Source: Candidatus Saccharimonadota bacterium
GTDB lineage: Bacteria; Patescibacteriota; Saccharimonadia; Saccharimonadales; Saccharimonadaceae
Direction of reading: 5' to 3'
Length of the DNA stretch: 64,000 nucleotides
Assembly (NCBI GenBank): GCA_017404955.1
Contig: JAFRBH010000011.1
Coordinates: 45,453-109,452, forward strand
This document shows, in pieces, positions 8,001 to 16,509 of the stretch. Positions within the stretch are counted from its first letter, which is position 1, and each line of letters starts with the position of its first letter. Below the pieces are notes generated by a model, which worked only from the letters and a program-made list of their open reading frames with translations, was not told the DNA's origin and searched no databases. Position numbers and translations under genes: made by a program.

Positions 8001-8233
8001 AAGCACTATCTGGAAAAGCTAACGCAATGCGCTCACAAATTGAGATGTTCAAGAGTGCTTATCTATATGATCCTGGAGCTTTCAGCCAAGCTGTTTTAAC
8101 ATTAATCGGTGAAGACCCAGAATTTGAAGATGTTTACTTCGAGTTCTCGAACTACGTAGACGACATCCCAACTGCTACAACTGAACAACTGTATCAGGCT
8201 ATCATCGAAAGCCTTTATCGCTTCGACATCTAA
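5009..8233 (+). CDS. VirB6/TrbL-like polytopic T4SS membrane protein with a large hydrophilic C-terminal domain
   Basis: 1074 aa. The first ~350 aa contain at least 6 hydrophobic helices (e.g. 'IVFVIMLLIIIYSQV', 'LIISAVLVNLSFLICALAV', 'LVAMLVMIAPLAFVAYLL'). The remaining ~700 aa are soluble and charged. It is the first gene downstream of the pilin block and precedes PrgI-like and VirB4. Confidence 0.6.
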   Translation: MKLFKSLKERLKLPHFDRAKMPFIGVILVAFLAIFAINTTPVMTTNVYAEPAEAVSAADETCYTQVGALGWFICPGTGVLAKAIDAVYGIIKELLTVQPLFNNDTSPIFQVWQIMRDITNIVFVIMLLIIIYSQVTGIGIANYGIKKALPKLIISAVLVNLSFLICALAVDSSNVIGASLREVFEGIEVNAINSGGLGTAAQVTWTDLASALVSGGTVAGVAIGVAGGLGAFLWPVLAAMICGVLSVLVGLITIGLRQALVAMLVMIAPLAFVAYLLPNTEQYFKKWKDTLIAMLIFYPMFSLLFGASQLAGWAIIASSGNAGNLGPFFIVLGMAVQVFPLFLSVSLLKMSNTILGTVSSKLDNLFNKPKEGIRAFADQNRQLAMNRHVNNSALPSAHLRRFLDGQKRKLDIGAENAEKIRRGNAEIWAQRRIANMMKYDPADSEKYTKGEKQADGKVKQYYLKADAFTRDAKMAGNIEMDVKTAQDDAKHLIANSYGEYYGKTHQDKALADHGAKSFKEMNRATFTTVNDDEADFNYLTSEYLKAANAGHDSYQYKHFVESAGGSLGELGSTSVLGQLIAKAAANEARHRHDFGILGAKFNIDKRAFRNMVTGYYVNDDGLATYAPDADGNQSKAYYINDKNERVYEQYPGEFLKYHPEALHPYQLRDENGAYFVMKDLNGNFVTRIYKHNTPVMKEIFQNFDTVIQDPIDGLYGMLAGIKEGTYTEVKDENGNVIARLPDVGFSNLRTTVGRSIQGANFKEKAAFAGPMYTTAVARGYIKNFTDNNIHRLDGIIKAVKAGNFNIQDKFELELLADLMNPENFVNGRLEYLFPYEDLKTAFDVNGKQLRGTKINEDGSTSDVEPEKATYEQLLNTVKKKYLFPASQAIAYMMSRATTPNVADAQKSGSAEAWGLLANSIDKWTDPKLAKDAHLPNPYKRSSNTVDTAYEMQKKIRESSTPTKAKSAYSNNNPASSDDIIRNHQKNIPEPNPIDQYNQALSGKANAMRSQIEMFKSAYLYDPGAFSQAVLTLIGEDPEFEDVYFEFSNYVDDIPTATTEQLYQAIIESLYRFDI

Positions 8234-8288
8234 CTTCTCTTTATTAACACTTCACACCATAAGCTTTTTGTGCTAATATATATTATAT

Positions 8289-9089
8289 ATGGCGCAGTAC
8301 AAGGTCCCACAAGACGTTGAGGCCGATGATAAGCTCCTCGGCCCATTCACTTTCCGCCAATTTGTCTATCTGATGATTATGGGTGGCTTTGTTGGTGTTG
8401 GTTTTGCACTCTTTCAAATTTTTCCACTCTTAGCTCTGCTCGCCGTACCCTTTGTAATTTTCTTCGCTGTCTTGGCTCTTCCGCTGAGAAAAGACCAACC
8501 AATGGAAACTTATCTTGCCGCAGTAGTCTCTTATCATCTAAAACCAAACAAGCGCTTCTGGAACCCCGGTCAGCGTGAATCTACTGTTGAGATTATCGCT
8601 CCGAAAAAAGTTGAGGCTCCACGTGCCCGCGACATCTCCGAAGAAGAAGCAGGGAACCGTCTTTCTTTTCTTGCTAATGTTATCGACACTGAAGGCTACG
8701 CTGTTCGTGGTGATCTAAACAACGCTCCGTTAAAATCACAATTTATCGAAGAGGCTAACGCTACACCAGACGTTCTAGACGCTAACGCCTCTCCAGTTAT
8801 TAATCAAATGCTTGCCAAACAGCAAAACAATCGTCACGAAGAACTTCTTAACGAGATGCGAAATGCTATCAATAAATCCGAAAGTACAGCTGCTCCAAGT
8901 ACTGCTTACTACAACCCAAATGGCCATGTTATCAACCCTATTTCCACAACGCAACCGGTTGACCCAGCTACTATGGCCAAGTTGCGGAATCTAGCCAACA
9001 ACACTGATTACTCTGTTGAAACCATCTCTAAAGAAGCTGCTAGGATGGAGAAGCAAGGAAATAATGAAGTTGTCGTGCCATTGCACTAA
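8289..9089 (+). CDS. PrgI-family (VirB3-like) T4SS membrane protein
   Basis: 266 aa. The N-terminus 'YKVPQDVEADDKLLGPFTFRQFVYLMIMGGFVGVGFALF..' followed by a second TM helix is the PrgI-family pattern. It sits directly upstream of VirB4-type genes. Confidence 0.7.
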   Translation: MAQYKVPQDVEADDKLLGPFTFRQFVYLMIMGGFVGVGFALFQIFPLLALLAVPFVIFFAVLALPLRKDQPMETYLAAVVSYHLKPNKRFWNPGQRESTVEIIAPKKVEAPRARDISEEEAGNRLSFLANVIDTEGYAVRGDLNNAPLKSQFIEEANATPDVLDANASPVINQMLAKQQNNRHEELLNEMRNAINKSESTAAPSTAYYNPNGHVINPISTTQPVDPATMAKLRNLANNTDYSVETISKEAARMEKQGNNEVVVPLH

Positions 9090-9104
9090 AGAGACTAAGG
9101 AGAA

Positions 9105-10145
9105 ATGATGAACCCACAAGCACAACCAAATCAACAAGCCTACAACCCATATAGTGGTGTCGGTATGCCAGTACAAAGCATGTCAGCTCAGCCAGCTCCA
9201 GCTCCTGCACAACCAATTGCACAACCAGCTCCTACTCCAGTCCAGCCGGCCCCTGCAGCGCAATCACTTTCTGCAGCCGTTGAAACCATGCCAGTACAGC
9301 CACAACCAGCGGCCACTCCAACACAACCTACAACGGTCGTCCAGCCAGCTCCAGCTCCTGCACAACCAACTCCTACTCCAGTCCAACAACCAAACCCTGC
9401 TATTGGTTCTGCCCAACAACCTGTCGGAAAAGCCAACCAAAATGTCACTCCTGACAATCCACTTTCCACCCAATCCACACTACTTATCTCTGAACTTCGC
9501 GATGGTCTCGTCATCATGAAAGACGGCTCCTTCCGTGCAGTTATTGCTTGCCAATCCATCAACTTTGATCTGATGTCAGAAACTGAACGCGAAGCTGTGG
9601 AGTACTCCTTCCAAAACTTCTTGAACTCCTTAAACTTCACCACTCAAATTCTCATCCGTTCTCAGCGTGTTGATATTGGACCATATCTAGAACGGCTCAC
9701 CGAAATTAGGAAAAATAATGACAACATGCTCCTCGGTGTCTTAATGGACGATTATATCAACTTTATTGACATCCTCTCTCAAGAGGCCAACATTATGGAT
9801 AAATCATTCTTTATCGTTATCCCATATTACGTATCTGCCGAAGCAGAAAAGGTTATGACTCAAACTCGCAATTTCTTCTCCAGCTTCTCGAAATCTAAAC
9901 AAGTAGAAGTTACTAAAATTGACCGTCCAACTTACGATAAAGCTATCACCGAAATTAACAACCGTGTAGAGTCTGTTATATCTGGTCTTTTCCAAATTGG
10001 TATCCATTCTGTTCGTCTTAACACTCGTGAGCTTGGCGCATTATACTACAACTTCAATAACCCTGATACTGCCGTAAGGGAGCCCCTAGTAGACTTTACT
10101 AAACTTGCCACCACCTATGTCAAGAAAGGAGATAAAAATGAGTAG
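9105..10145 (+). CDS. Pro/Gln/Ala-rich protein whose C-terminal ~200 aa resemble the extreme N-terminal domain of Gram-positive VirB4-family ATPases
   Basis: 346 aa with an AAGGAG SD. Residues ~20-110 are low-complexity (QPAPAPAQP.. repeats). The rest, 'LRDGLVIMKDGSFRAVIACQSINFDLMSETEREAVEYSFQNFLNSLNFTTQILIRSQRVD', matches the first conserved block of TrsE/PrgJ/Orf16-type ATPases as I remember it. The stop overlaps the next start by 8 nt (ATGAGTAG). Confidence 0.6.
   Translation: MMNPQAQPNQQAYNPYSGVGMPVQSMSAQPAPAPAQPIAQPAPTPVQPAPAAQSLSAAVETMPVQPQPAATPTQPTTVVQPAPAPAQPTPTPVQQPNPAIGSAQQPVGKANQNVTPDNPLSTQSTLLISELRDGLVIMKDGSFRAVIACQSINFDLMSETEREAVEYSFQNFLNSLNFTTQILIRSQRVDIGPYLERLTEIRKNNDNMLLGVLMDDYINFIDILSQEANIMDKSFFIVIPYYVSAEAEKVMTQTRNFFSSFSKSKQVEVTKIDRPTYDKAITEINNRVESVISGLFQIGIHSVRLNTRELGALYYNFNNPDTAVREPLVDFTKLATTYVKKGDKNE
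9189..9385 (+). repeat. Direct repeats inside the Pro-rich coding segment
   Basis: The 28-mer cagccagctccagctcctgcacaaccaa occurs at 9189-9216 and 9342-9369. The 16-mer ctcctactccagtcca occurs at 9229-9244 and 9370-9385. Copy 1 carries an extra 12 nt (ttgcacaaccag) that near-duplicates the preceding ctgcacaaccaa. Confidence 0.9.
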
Positions 10146-12009
10146 AAAAGATCGTAAGAATAAGAATCAACAGCTTTCTGCTGCTCAAATCGCCGCCCAA
10201 GCTGAAGCAATGGAAGAAGCTGAAATCCAAAAAGCGTTTGAACAGGGCATTACTACTCTTCGTGACCTCATCTCTCCATCTAGCATTGAAATCCATGCTG
10301 ATTATTTCCGTCTCGGTACCAAATATGGTCGTACTCTTTACGTCTATGGCTACCCACGTTCATTGTATACTGGCTGGCTCTCTCCGCTTATCAACATCGA
10401 CGAGGTGCTAGATATTTCCATGTTTATCTACCCAGTAGATACTACTATCGTCATGAAAAATCTTCAAAAGAAAGTAACTCAGCTTGAAGCATCTATCTCT
10501 GTAAACTCTGAAAAAGGCAAGATTCGCGACCCAGAACTTGAGGCTGCTATCGGTGATGCCGAGGAGCTCCGCGATCAACTCCAAGTCGGTGCCGAAAAAT
10601 TCTTCCGCTTTGGCCTTTACGTTACTCTTTGGGCCGACTCTCTTGATGAACTTGGATTCGTCCAGAGAAAAATTGAAACTCTCTTTGGCCAGCAGATGGT
10701 GTTCTCTAAAGTTGCATCAAGTCAACAAGAGCAGGGGATGAACAGCTGTATGCCACAATGTACCGATCAGCTCCTTATCCGCCGCAATATGAATACTGGT
10801 GCCATTTCTACTTCTTTCCCATTCACCTCCGCTGACCTTACCCAAGAAAAAGGTATTCTCTACGGTATCAATATGCACAATAATGGCTTAGTCATATTTG
10901 ATCGCTTCTCTCTAGAAAACGCCAACATGGTAGTCTTCGCTAAGTCTGGTTCTGGCAAATCATTTACTGTTAAACTTGAAGCTTTGCGTTCTATGATGGT
11001 TGGGACCGAAGTTCTTATCATCGACCCAGAAAATGAATACCAACGACTTTGTGATGCGGTAGGCGGTTCTTATATTAGACTCTCTCTCAATTCCGACGTG
11101 CGCATTAACCCATTTGATCTGCCAAAAGTAGTTGATGCTGAAGATGCCAACGATGCACTTCGCGCAAACCTTGTTACTCTACATGGTCTCTTCCGCTTAA
11201 TGTTAAGCTCTGGCACTTCCAATAAAACTTCCTCTGCCAATACTGTTATTGCGCCAGCTCTCACACCAAATGAGGAAGCCGATCTTGATCAAGCCTTAAT
11301 TGATACCTATGCTCGTGCTGGCATTACGTCCGATCCACTCACTCATCAATCAACCCCACCAACTATTGCTAACCTTTATGATACCTTGCTTCACATGGGT
11401 GGTACCGGTCCGAATTTGGCTCAACGTCTCCGCAAGTACACTACTGGTACCTTTGCCGGTATTTTCTCTCAACAATCTAATATTGACATCAACAACCAGA
11501 TGGTTGTGTTTAATATTCGCGATCTTGAGGACGAACTTCGCCCAGTTGCTATGTATATCGTCCTCTCTCACATCTGGAATATTGTTCGTGCTCAACAAAA
11601 ACGTCGCTTGCTCATCGTTGATGAGGCCTGGCAATTAATGGAGTACGAAGATTCTGCAAACTTCTTATTCTCACTTGCTAAACGTGCCCGTAAATATTAC
11701 CTTGGTCTTACGACTATTACCCAGGACGTTGAAGACTTCATGTCCTCCAAGATGGGCCGTGCTATTGTGGCAAACTCTTCCATGCAAATTCTCCTAAAAC
11801 AGTCTAGTTCCGCTGTTGACGTCCTTTCTGATGTCTTTAAACTCACCGAGGAAGAGAAAAAACGTCTTTCCAATTTCCCAGTCGGTCAAGGTCTCTTCTT
11901 TGCTGGTCAAAATCACGTTCATATTCAGGTTATCGCCTCAGAAACCGAGGAAGGACTCATCACTACTAATCCAGTTCAGCAACAAACTCAACAACAGAAC
12001 CAACAATAG
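10138..12009 (+). CDS. virB4: VirB4-family T4SS ATPase
   Basis: 623 aa from the ATG at 10138, with AAGGAG 7 nt upstream. Walker A 'FAKSGSGKSF' and Walker B 'RLLIVDEAWQLM' are present. The N-terminal block 'ISPSSIEIHADYFRLGTKYGRTLYVYGYPRSLYTGWLSPL' is typical of Gram-positive VirB4/TrsE proteins. Confidence 0.85.
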   Translation: MSRKDRKNKNQQLSAAQIAAQAEAMEEAEIQKAFEQGITTLRDLISPSSIEIHADYFRLGTKYGRTLYVYGYPRSLYTGWLSPLINIDEVLDISMFIYPVDTTIVMKNLQKKVTQLEASISVNSEKGKIRDPELEAAIGDAEELRDQLQVGAEKFFRFGLYVTLWADSLDELGFVQRKIETLFGQQMVFSKVASSQQEQGMNSCMPQCTDQLLIRRNMNTGAISTSFPFTSADLTQEKGILYGINMHNNGLVIFDRFSLENANMVVFAKSGSGKSFTVKLEALRSMMVGTEVLIIDPENEYQRLCDAVGGSYIRLSLNSDVRINPFDLPKVVDAEDANDALRANLVTLHGLFRLMLSSGTSNKTSSANTVIAPALTPNEEADLDQALIDTYARAGITSDPLTHQSTPPTIANLYDTLLHMGGTGPNLAQRLRKYTTGTFAGIFSQQSNIDINNQMVVFNIRDLEDELRPVAMYIVLSHIWNIVRAQQKRRLLIVDEAWQLMEYEDSANFLFSLAKRARKYYLGLTTITQDVEDFMSSKMGRAIVANSSMQILLKQSSSAVDVLSDVFKLTEEEKKRLSNFPVGQGLFFAGQNHVHIQVIASETEEGLITTNPVQQQTQQQNQQ

Positions 12010-12065
12010 CCTATCTCCATTCTAGCGCTAGTTTTTTTCACCATAATATGTTATAATTACAGAGT

Positions 12066-14702
12066 ATGGTAGGTGAAAAAACTTATTTCGGAAAAGACGA
12101 TTTAAAGCCTGATTTTTTGAAACCTAAAACTCCTTCCAAAACTCCTGCTGATTTTAGTACAAATAATCTCAAAAACTTAGAAGATTCCGCTACTCAGAAA
12201 TCCACTAGTAACCTTGATGCTAAGAACCTAGAAAATGCACCGCAAACTTCTTTGTATTCTAGTTCTAACCAAGAAGACAAAGACCACTATTCGATCAAGG
12301 TTTCAAAAAAATCTAGTAGTTCTAAATTATCTACTCTCATTAAATTTTCACCAGCCGTCTTGCTTATTATTGTTCTTGCCATTGGCGCCTTTATTATCTT
12401 TGGCGCACAATCATTTCTAGGCCCACATATTGAAGCTCTTTATACTGAAGCCACCGATACTGCCTATACCGGTTATAATCTTCGCGCTCAACATATGGCA
12501 GAAGAGATGCTTAAAGGTAAGGTCGGCATGACTGATTATATGAAACAACGCCTGGAAAAGGAGGGTATCGCAGTTGTATCAAACAGCGAACTGAATTTCA
12601 ATAACAAGTCTATCACTGCTGAAAATTTCAAAACTATGTATAACGGTGACGCACTTTTCCGCGAGGCCTATGATAATGCTATTGGTGGTCGCGGCGCCAA
12701 CTTCCTTGATGCTGCCGCCAATAAGTTTACCCAGAAATTGGGACTCTCTAAAGACGTCTTTCACAATTACAAAACTACTGGAAACAATGACACCGATACT
12801 GCTAACTATAATGAGCTCCTAACCGACTATTTCAAGGATAGCGCCGATGCTACCCTCGACTCAGCAGAGAAGAAAGAACAAAAGGATGAAAAAGGAAACA
12901 CTTTTTGGGAATTCTTCCAGATTGGCAACCCTGTTTCATCCAGCAATGACGAAGATAGCCCTGAAGATAAAGCAAAAAAATATCTTCATGACCTTGGAGA
13001 AAAAGTAGCCGAGGAAACAGCCGGTTGTACTACTCTCAAGATTGGCGATATGGTTTCTACGGCTATCTCTTCCAATCGTTTTTATCAAGCTATCCATGAA
13101 TTTATGACTAAAATGGAGACTATTAGTAAGGCTAAAGCCGGGGACGGCGACGCTTCTGCCGTGAACTCCGTCTTGAACTGGTTCACTACCCCAGCTACTA
13201 CTACTGTTTATGACCCGTATACTGAGGAAGAATATACGATTACCGGTTCACCATTAGAATCCGAGGGTGCCAAAGTTGTGCTTGGTGGAGTAACTGCTGA
13301 CTCTGGAAAAACTCCAAAATATTCTTTGGAAAGAAGTTATAAAGCTACTGACAAGATTGCTTTCTCCATGGGAGTGGGTGATACTTGCGTCGTTCAACGT
13401 GCTGGCGGCGTAGTATTAAGTATCCTCACTTCTGCTGTTCCAGGCTCAAAACTCATCACCTCTACCGTCGGGGTTCTTCTTGGCAACGCCTTTGAATTAG
13501 GTGTCAAAGTCGCCGCCGAAGCCGTGCTAAACCTCCTCGTTCCAACCATTGCTAAAGTAATGTACGAAAACCCTTTCACCAATGCTATCGGAATTGCTGG
13601 CGGAGAAGGTTTTACCATGGGTGCTGCTAACGCAAACATGCTCTTAGGACGTCAGACTTCTGGAGCCTCCACCGCTTCAAAAGGGCAAGTTCTAGCCTAC
13701 AACCAAGAAACTAACCAACTTATTGCCCGTGACGCAGAAGTCGATCGTATACATCACAGCCCGTTTGATGCTAGCTCTAAAAACACCTTTTTAGGCTCCA
13801 TAGTCAGCTCTTTGTTGCCGCTATCAACAATCTCTGCTGGCCTCTCGAACTCTATTTCTACTTTATCTAGTATTACTAATAGTTCACTTGCGTCATTGAA
13901 CTCTACTTATGCCGCTGGCGAAAATTCTTCACTCATGACTAGCTTTGGTAACTGTGATAAGACCGAAGAAATCGGTGCTTCCGGAAATTTCTATTGTAGT
14001 GCTATTTCCACTTTAGATCTCTCCACCGTTGATACTGATACCGACGATTCAGAATATCAGGAAGTAATATCGGAAAGTGTGGAAGTTAGAGAAAATGGAG
14101 AAGAGACTGTTAAAGAAGGCTCCCCGCTCGCCCACTATATCGCCTACCATATGGGTCGCTATTCTGCTCCAGGAATCCGCGATGCCAACATTGCTAAAGC
14201 CTGCAAAGAGGATACTAAAAGCTTACCTCATCTTACTAGTATTTCCGATATGCTAAAAGCCTTTGACTCCGAATATTGCGAGTCTGTTGCCGATGGTTCT
14301 CGCTACGTTAACTCGCCCGACAACCCTTATTGGGAAACGGAAAAATGGCATCAACTTTGGGTACTAACTTGGCGCGTTAAGTGTCACATGGGACTCTGTG
14401 CTGATGACGGTGGCCCAATAGTAGCCTATCAAGACAAATACGAAGCTACACATCCCTTTGACAATTCTACCTCTGGCTATCTTGCACGTATCTCTGGCTT
14501 AGAAAAAGATGAAGCCCAGGCTGTTATTGCAGTAATGAATTATCTGGACAAAGTCAATAATTATGATCCAAGTATTGCATATGATTTTACCAGCGACAAA
14601 TCAGAGAACAAGCTACACTTAGGAGGCAACAAAAGGGAAGAATATATTCTATTGAATAGATCTAACTATATCACTAGAAGAGATGCGGAGGTATTATCAT
14701 GA
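12066..14702 (+). CDS. Large membrane-anchored T4SS-associated protein of unknown function
   Basis: 878 aa. It has a disordered Ser/Lys-rich N-terminus, one TM helix ('AVLLIIVLAIGAFIIFGA'), a large extracytoplasmic portion, and a central Gly/Ala-rich hydrophobic stretch ('AGGVVLSILTSAVPG...IGIAGGEGFTMGAANANMLLG'). TGtTATAAT lies 8 nt before the ATG. The 3' end overlaps the next gene (ATGA). Confidence 0.6.
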   Translation: MVGEKTYFGKDDLKPDFLKPKTPSKTPADFSTNNLKNLEDSATQKSTSNLDAKNLENAPQTSLYSSSNQEDKDHYSIKVSKKSSSSKLSTLIKFSPAVLLIIVLAIGAFIIFGAQSFLGPHIEALYTEATDTAYTGYNLRAQHMAEEMLKGKVGMTDYMKQRLEKEGIAVVSNSELNFNNKSITAENFKTMYNGDALFREAYDNAIGGRGANFLDAAANKFTQKLGLSKDVFHNYKTTGNNDTDTANYNELLTDYFKDSADATLDSAEKKEQKDEKGNTFWEFFQIGNPVSSSNDEDSPEDKAKKYLHDLGEKVAEETAGCTTLKIGDMVSTAISSNRFYQAIHEFMTKMETISKAKAGDGDASAVNSVLNWFTTPATTTVYDPYTEEEYTITGSPLESEGAKVVLGGVTADSGKTPKYSLERSYKATDKIAFSMGVGDTCVVQRAGGVVLSILTSAVPGSKLITSTVGVLLGNAFELGVKVAAEAVLNLLVPTIAKVMYENPFTNAIGIAGGEGFTMGAANANMLLGRQTSGASTASKGQVLAYNQETNQLIARDAEVDRIHHSPFDASSKNTFLGSIVSSLLPLSTISAGLSNSISTLSSITNSSLASLNSTYAAGENSSLMTSFGNCDKTEEIGASGNFYCSAISTLDLSTVDTDTDDSEYQEVISESVEVRENGEETVKEGSPLAHYIAYHMGRYSAPGIRDANIAKACKEDTKSLPHLTSISDMLKAFDSEYCESVADGSRYVNSPDNPYWETEKWHQLWVLTWRVKCHMGLCADDGGPIVAYQDKYEATHPFDNSTSGYLARISGLEKDEAQAVIAVMNYLDKVNNYDPSIAYDFTSDKSENKLHLGGNKREEYILLNRSNYITRRDAEVLS

Positions 14703-15829
14703 AAAAGTTAGCTCTTACCTCCATCATCCTAGCGCTTCTAATCTCTACCCCAACCTCTGCACTTTCTACAAACCTTTTCGATTTTTTCTCTAAAAATGGT
14801 ATCTTTTATTATAATCCCGATGGCATCTCCTTAAATTGTCTACCTGGTACTGGTAGCTATGACGGTATTGCTTCAGCTGGTCTTACTGGTCTTCGTGCAG
14901 CTTTTGTAGATACATACCATAATATTGCTTCTACTCTCGGAGCACAGTATGGTATTCCTTGGGAAGCAGTGATGGCTCAGGGAATCTTAGAATCCGCCTC
15001 TGGCACCAGTCGCTTTGCTAGGGAACGCAATAACTTCTTTGGCATTGGTGCCGTTGACAGCAATCCAGACAATGCACACCACTTTAGTTCCGCCTCAGAA
15101 GGTTGGAAAGGATACTTTGATTTTATTAAAAACAATCCTCGCTATGCTTCCCATGGAGCTTTTAATCACGCTGGAGACCCAATTGGCTACATTGAAGCAG
15201 TTAAAGCAGCTGGTTACGCTACTGATCCAAATTATATTTCCAAATTAGTACCAATTGTTAAAGCCATTCAAAATCGTGCATCGGAAAAAGGTTGGGCCGC
15301 CTCTTCAGAGAATGCCTCCAATTATAGTACAAGTTTTAGTTATGATCTCTGTACTATCGACACTGGTGGAAATGGCGATCTTAATTCTACTGCACTTGCA
15401 CTTTCTTGGGGAGATCGCTCACATAGTCTTTACGATCCGAACAATGCTTATAGAAACGCTCTTGATGCAGTTGGGCTTTCTTCCTACGGTGAAAAGTTTG
15501 TTCAAATTGGGGCTAGTTGTGATGCTTTTGTCGCTACAGTATTACGTTTCTCTGGTGTAGATAGGAACGTCCCGTGCTGCGGAGCAGCTACTATGTTGAA
15601 TTACTTTGCCTCTCACCCAGAAAAATACATTGAGGTTCCTAATACTGGCAGTAGCGCCAACCTTCAGCCAGGAGACATACGCGCGTCCGCCAAGCATGTA
15701 GAAATGTATGTTGTTGATGAGGCCGGTACTGGACGCATCGCCTCCGCTTCTCATGGTGACCGTACGGCCGATCACGCTAGTAACTATTATGTAAATAATT
15801 CTATGCGCATTTTTAGACCGAGGAGCTAG
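14699..15829 (+). CDS. Secreted bifunctional peptidoglycan hydrolase H1 (GH73-type N-acetylglucosaminidase plus NlpC/P60- or CHAP-like cysteine peptidase); VirB1/PrgK-type function
   Basis: 376 aa with a signal peptide. Glucosaminidase block 'GIPWEAVMAQGILESASGTSRFARERNNFFGIGA ... AAGYATDPNYISKL'. The C-terminal domain has a candidate Cys ('GASCDAFVATV') and His ('KHVEMYV'). Confidence 0.75.
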   Translation: MKKLALTSIILALLISTPTSALSTNLFDFFSKNGIFYYNPDGISLNCLPGTGSYDGIASAGLTGLRAAFVDTYHNIASTLGAQYGIPWEAVMAQGILESASGTSRFARERNNFFGIGAVDSNPDNAHHFSSASEGWKGYFDFIKNNPRYASHGAFNHAGDPIGYIEAVKAAGYATDPNYISKLVPIVKAIQNRASEKGWAASSENASNYSTSFSYDLCTIDTGGNGDLNSTALALSWGDRSHSLYDPNNAYRNALDAVGLSSYGEKFVQIGASCDAFVATVLRFSGVDRNVPCCGAATMLNYFASHPEKYIEVPNTGSSANLQPGDIRASAKHVEMYVVDEAGTGRIASASHGDRTADHASNYYVNNSMRIFRPRS

Positions 15830-15831
15830 CT

Positions 15832-16479
15832 ATGGAAAAACTTTCAAGATATATTAAGAATCATCCTATTCCAGTAGTTATTATTGTGTCGCTCATCTTC
15901 TTCGCCTTAGTACTTGTTGTCACCGCTTTGAGTCTTAATCCTACGTCTGAAGTGGAGATCCTCGTTGCTCCAGAATCCGCCACAGTTTCCATTAACGGCA
16001 AAACTTATAAAAATGGCACCTATAAGCTGCCCAGTGGTGATGTTTCAGTCAAAATAGAAAAGGACGATTTCACTCCAAAAGAATACACTTTTAATACGCT
16101 AAAAAACAATAAATTATATGATTATCTCACTCAAAATGGCGACTTATCTTGGTACGATTCACATCCTGAAGATGCTATCATCTTAACCACTATTGGCGAT
16201 TATGAGGCCGACCTTACCGCCAACTCTTTCATAGAAAAGTATCCTATTTCCAAACACCTTCCCGTTATCATCGCCGAGTATGATAATGACGATAACTATA
16301 TCGAATTTCGTATTGATGGCGGAAAATTCGAAAATTGTGATCGTGATTTCTGTCTTAAAATCACTGATTCTACCGGCAATAATCTGGATTATGCTCGTGA
16401 GGAAATCCGCAAACTTGGCTTTGAGCCTAATAACTTTGAAATTATTTATGAATATGACCCAGTTATTCCACTAGAATAA
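15832..16479 (+). CDS. PEGA-domain single-pass membrane protein (module 1)
   Basis: 215 aa with an N-terminal TM helix and then a PEGA-like beta-sandwich motif 'VEILVAPESATVSINGKTYKNGTYKLPSGDVSVKIEKDDFTPKEYTF'. GAGGAG SD lies 6 nt upstream. Confidence 0.65.
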   Translation: MEKLSRYIKNHPIPVVIIVSLIFFALVLVVTALSLNPTSEVEILVAPESATVSINGKTYKNGTYKLPSGDVSVKIEKDDFTPKEYTFNTLKNNKLYDYLTQNGDLSWYDSHPEDAIILTTIGDYEADLTANSFIEKYPISKHLPVIIAEYDNDDNYIEFRIDGGKFENCDRDFCLKITDSTGNNLDYAREEIRKLGFEPNNFEIIYEYDPVIPLE

Positions 16480-16509
16480 ACACAAGTTTTTTGCTATAAT
16501 ATACACTAT

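Noticed and set aside
9154-9643. ORFs 9154-9519 (plus strand), 9188-9643 (minus strand) and 9264-9473 (minus strand) over the Pro-rich repeat region
   Set aside because: These are artefacts of low-complexity CCA/GCT-rich DNA, which is open in several frames. Only the 9105-10145 frame has an SD, continues into a structured domain and is coupled to virB4.
12022-12037. Palindrome CTAGCGCTAG followed by T7 after virB4, as a terminator
   Set aside because: The self-complementary 10-mer can form at most a 4-bp stem with a 2-nt loop, which is too weak for a confident intrinsic terminator. It may still reduce read-through into the promoter at 12049-12057.
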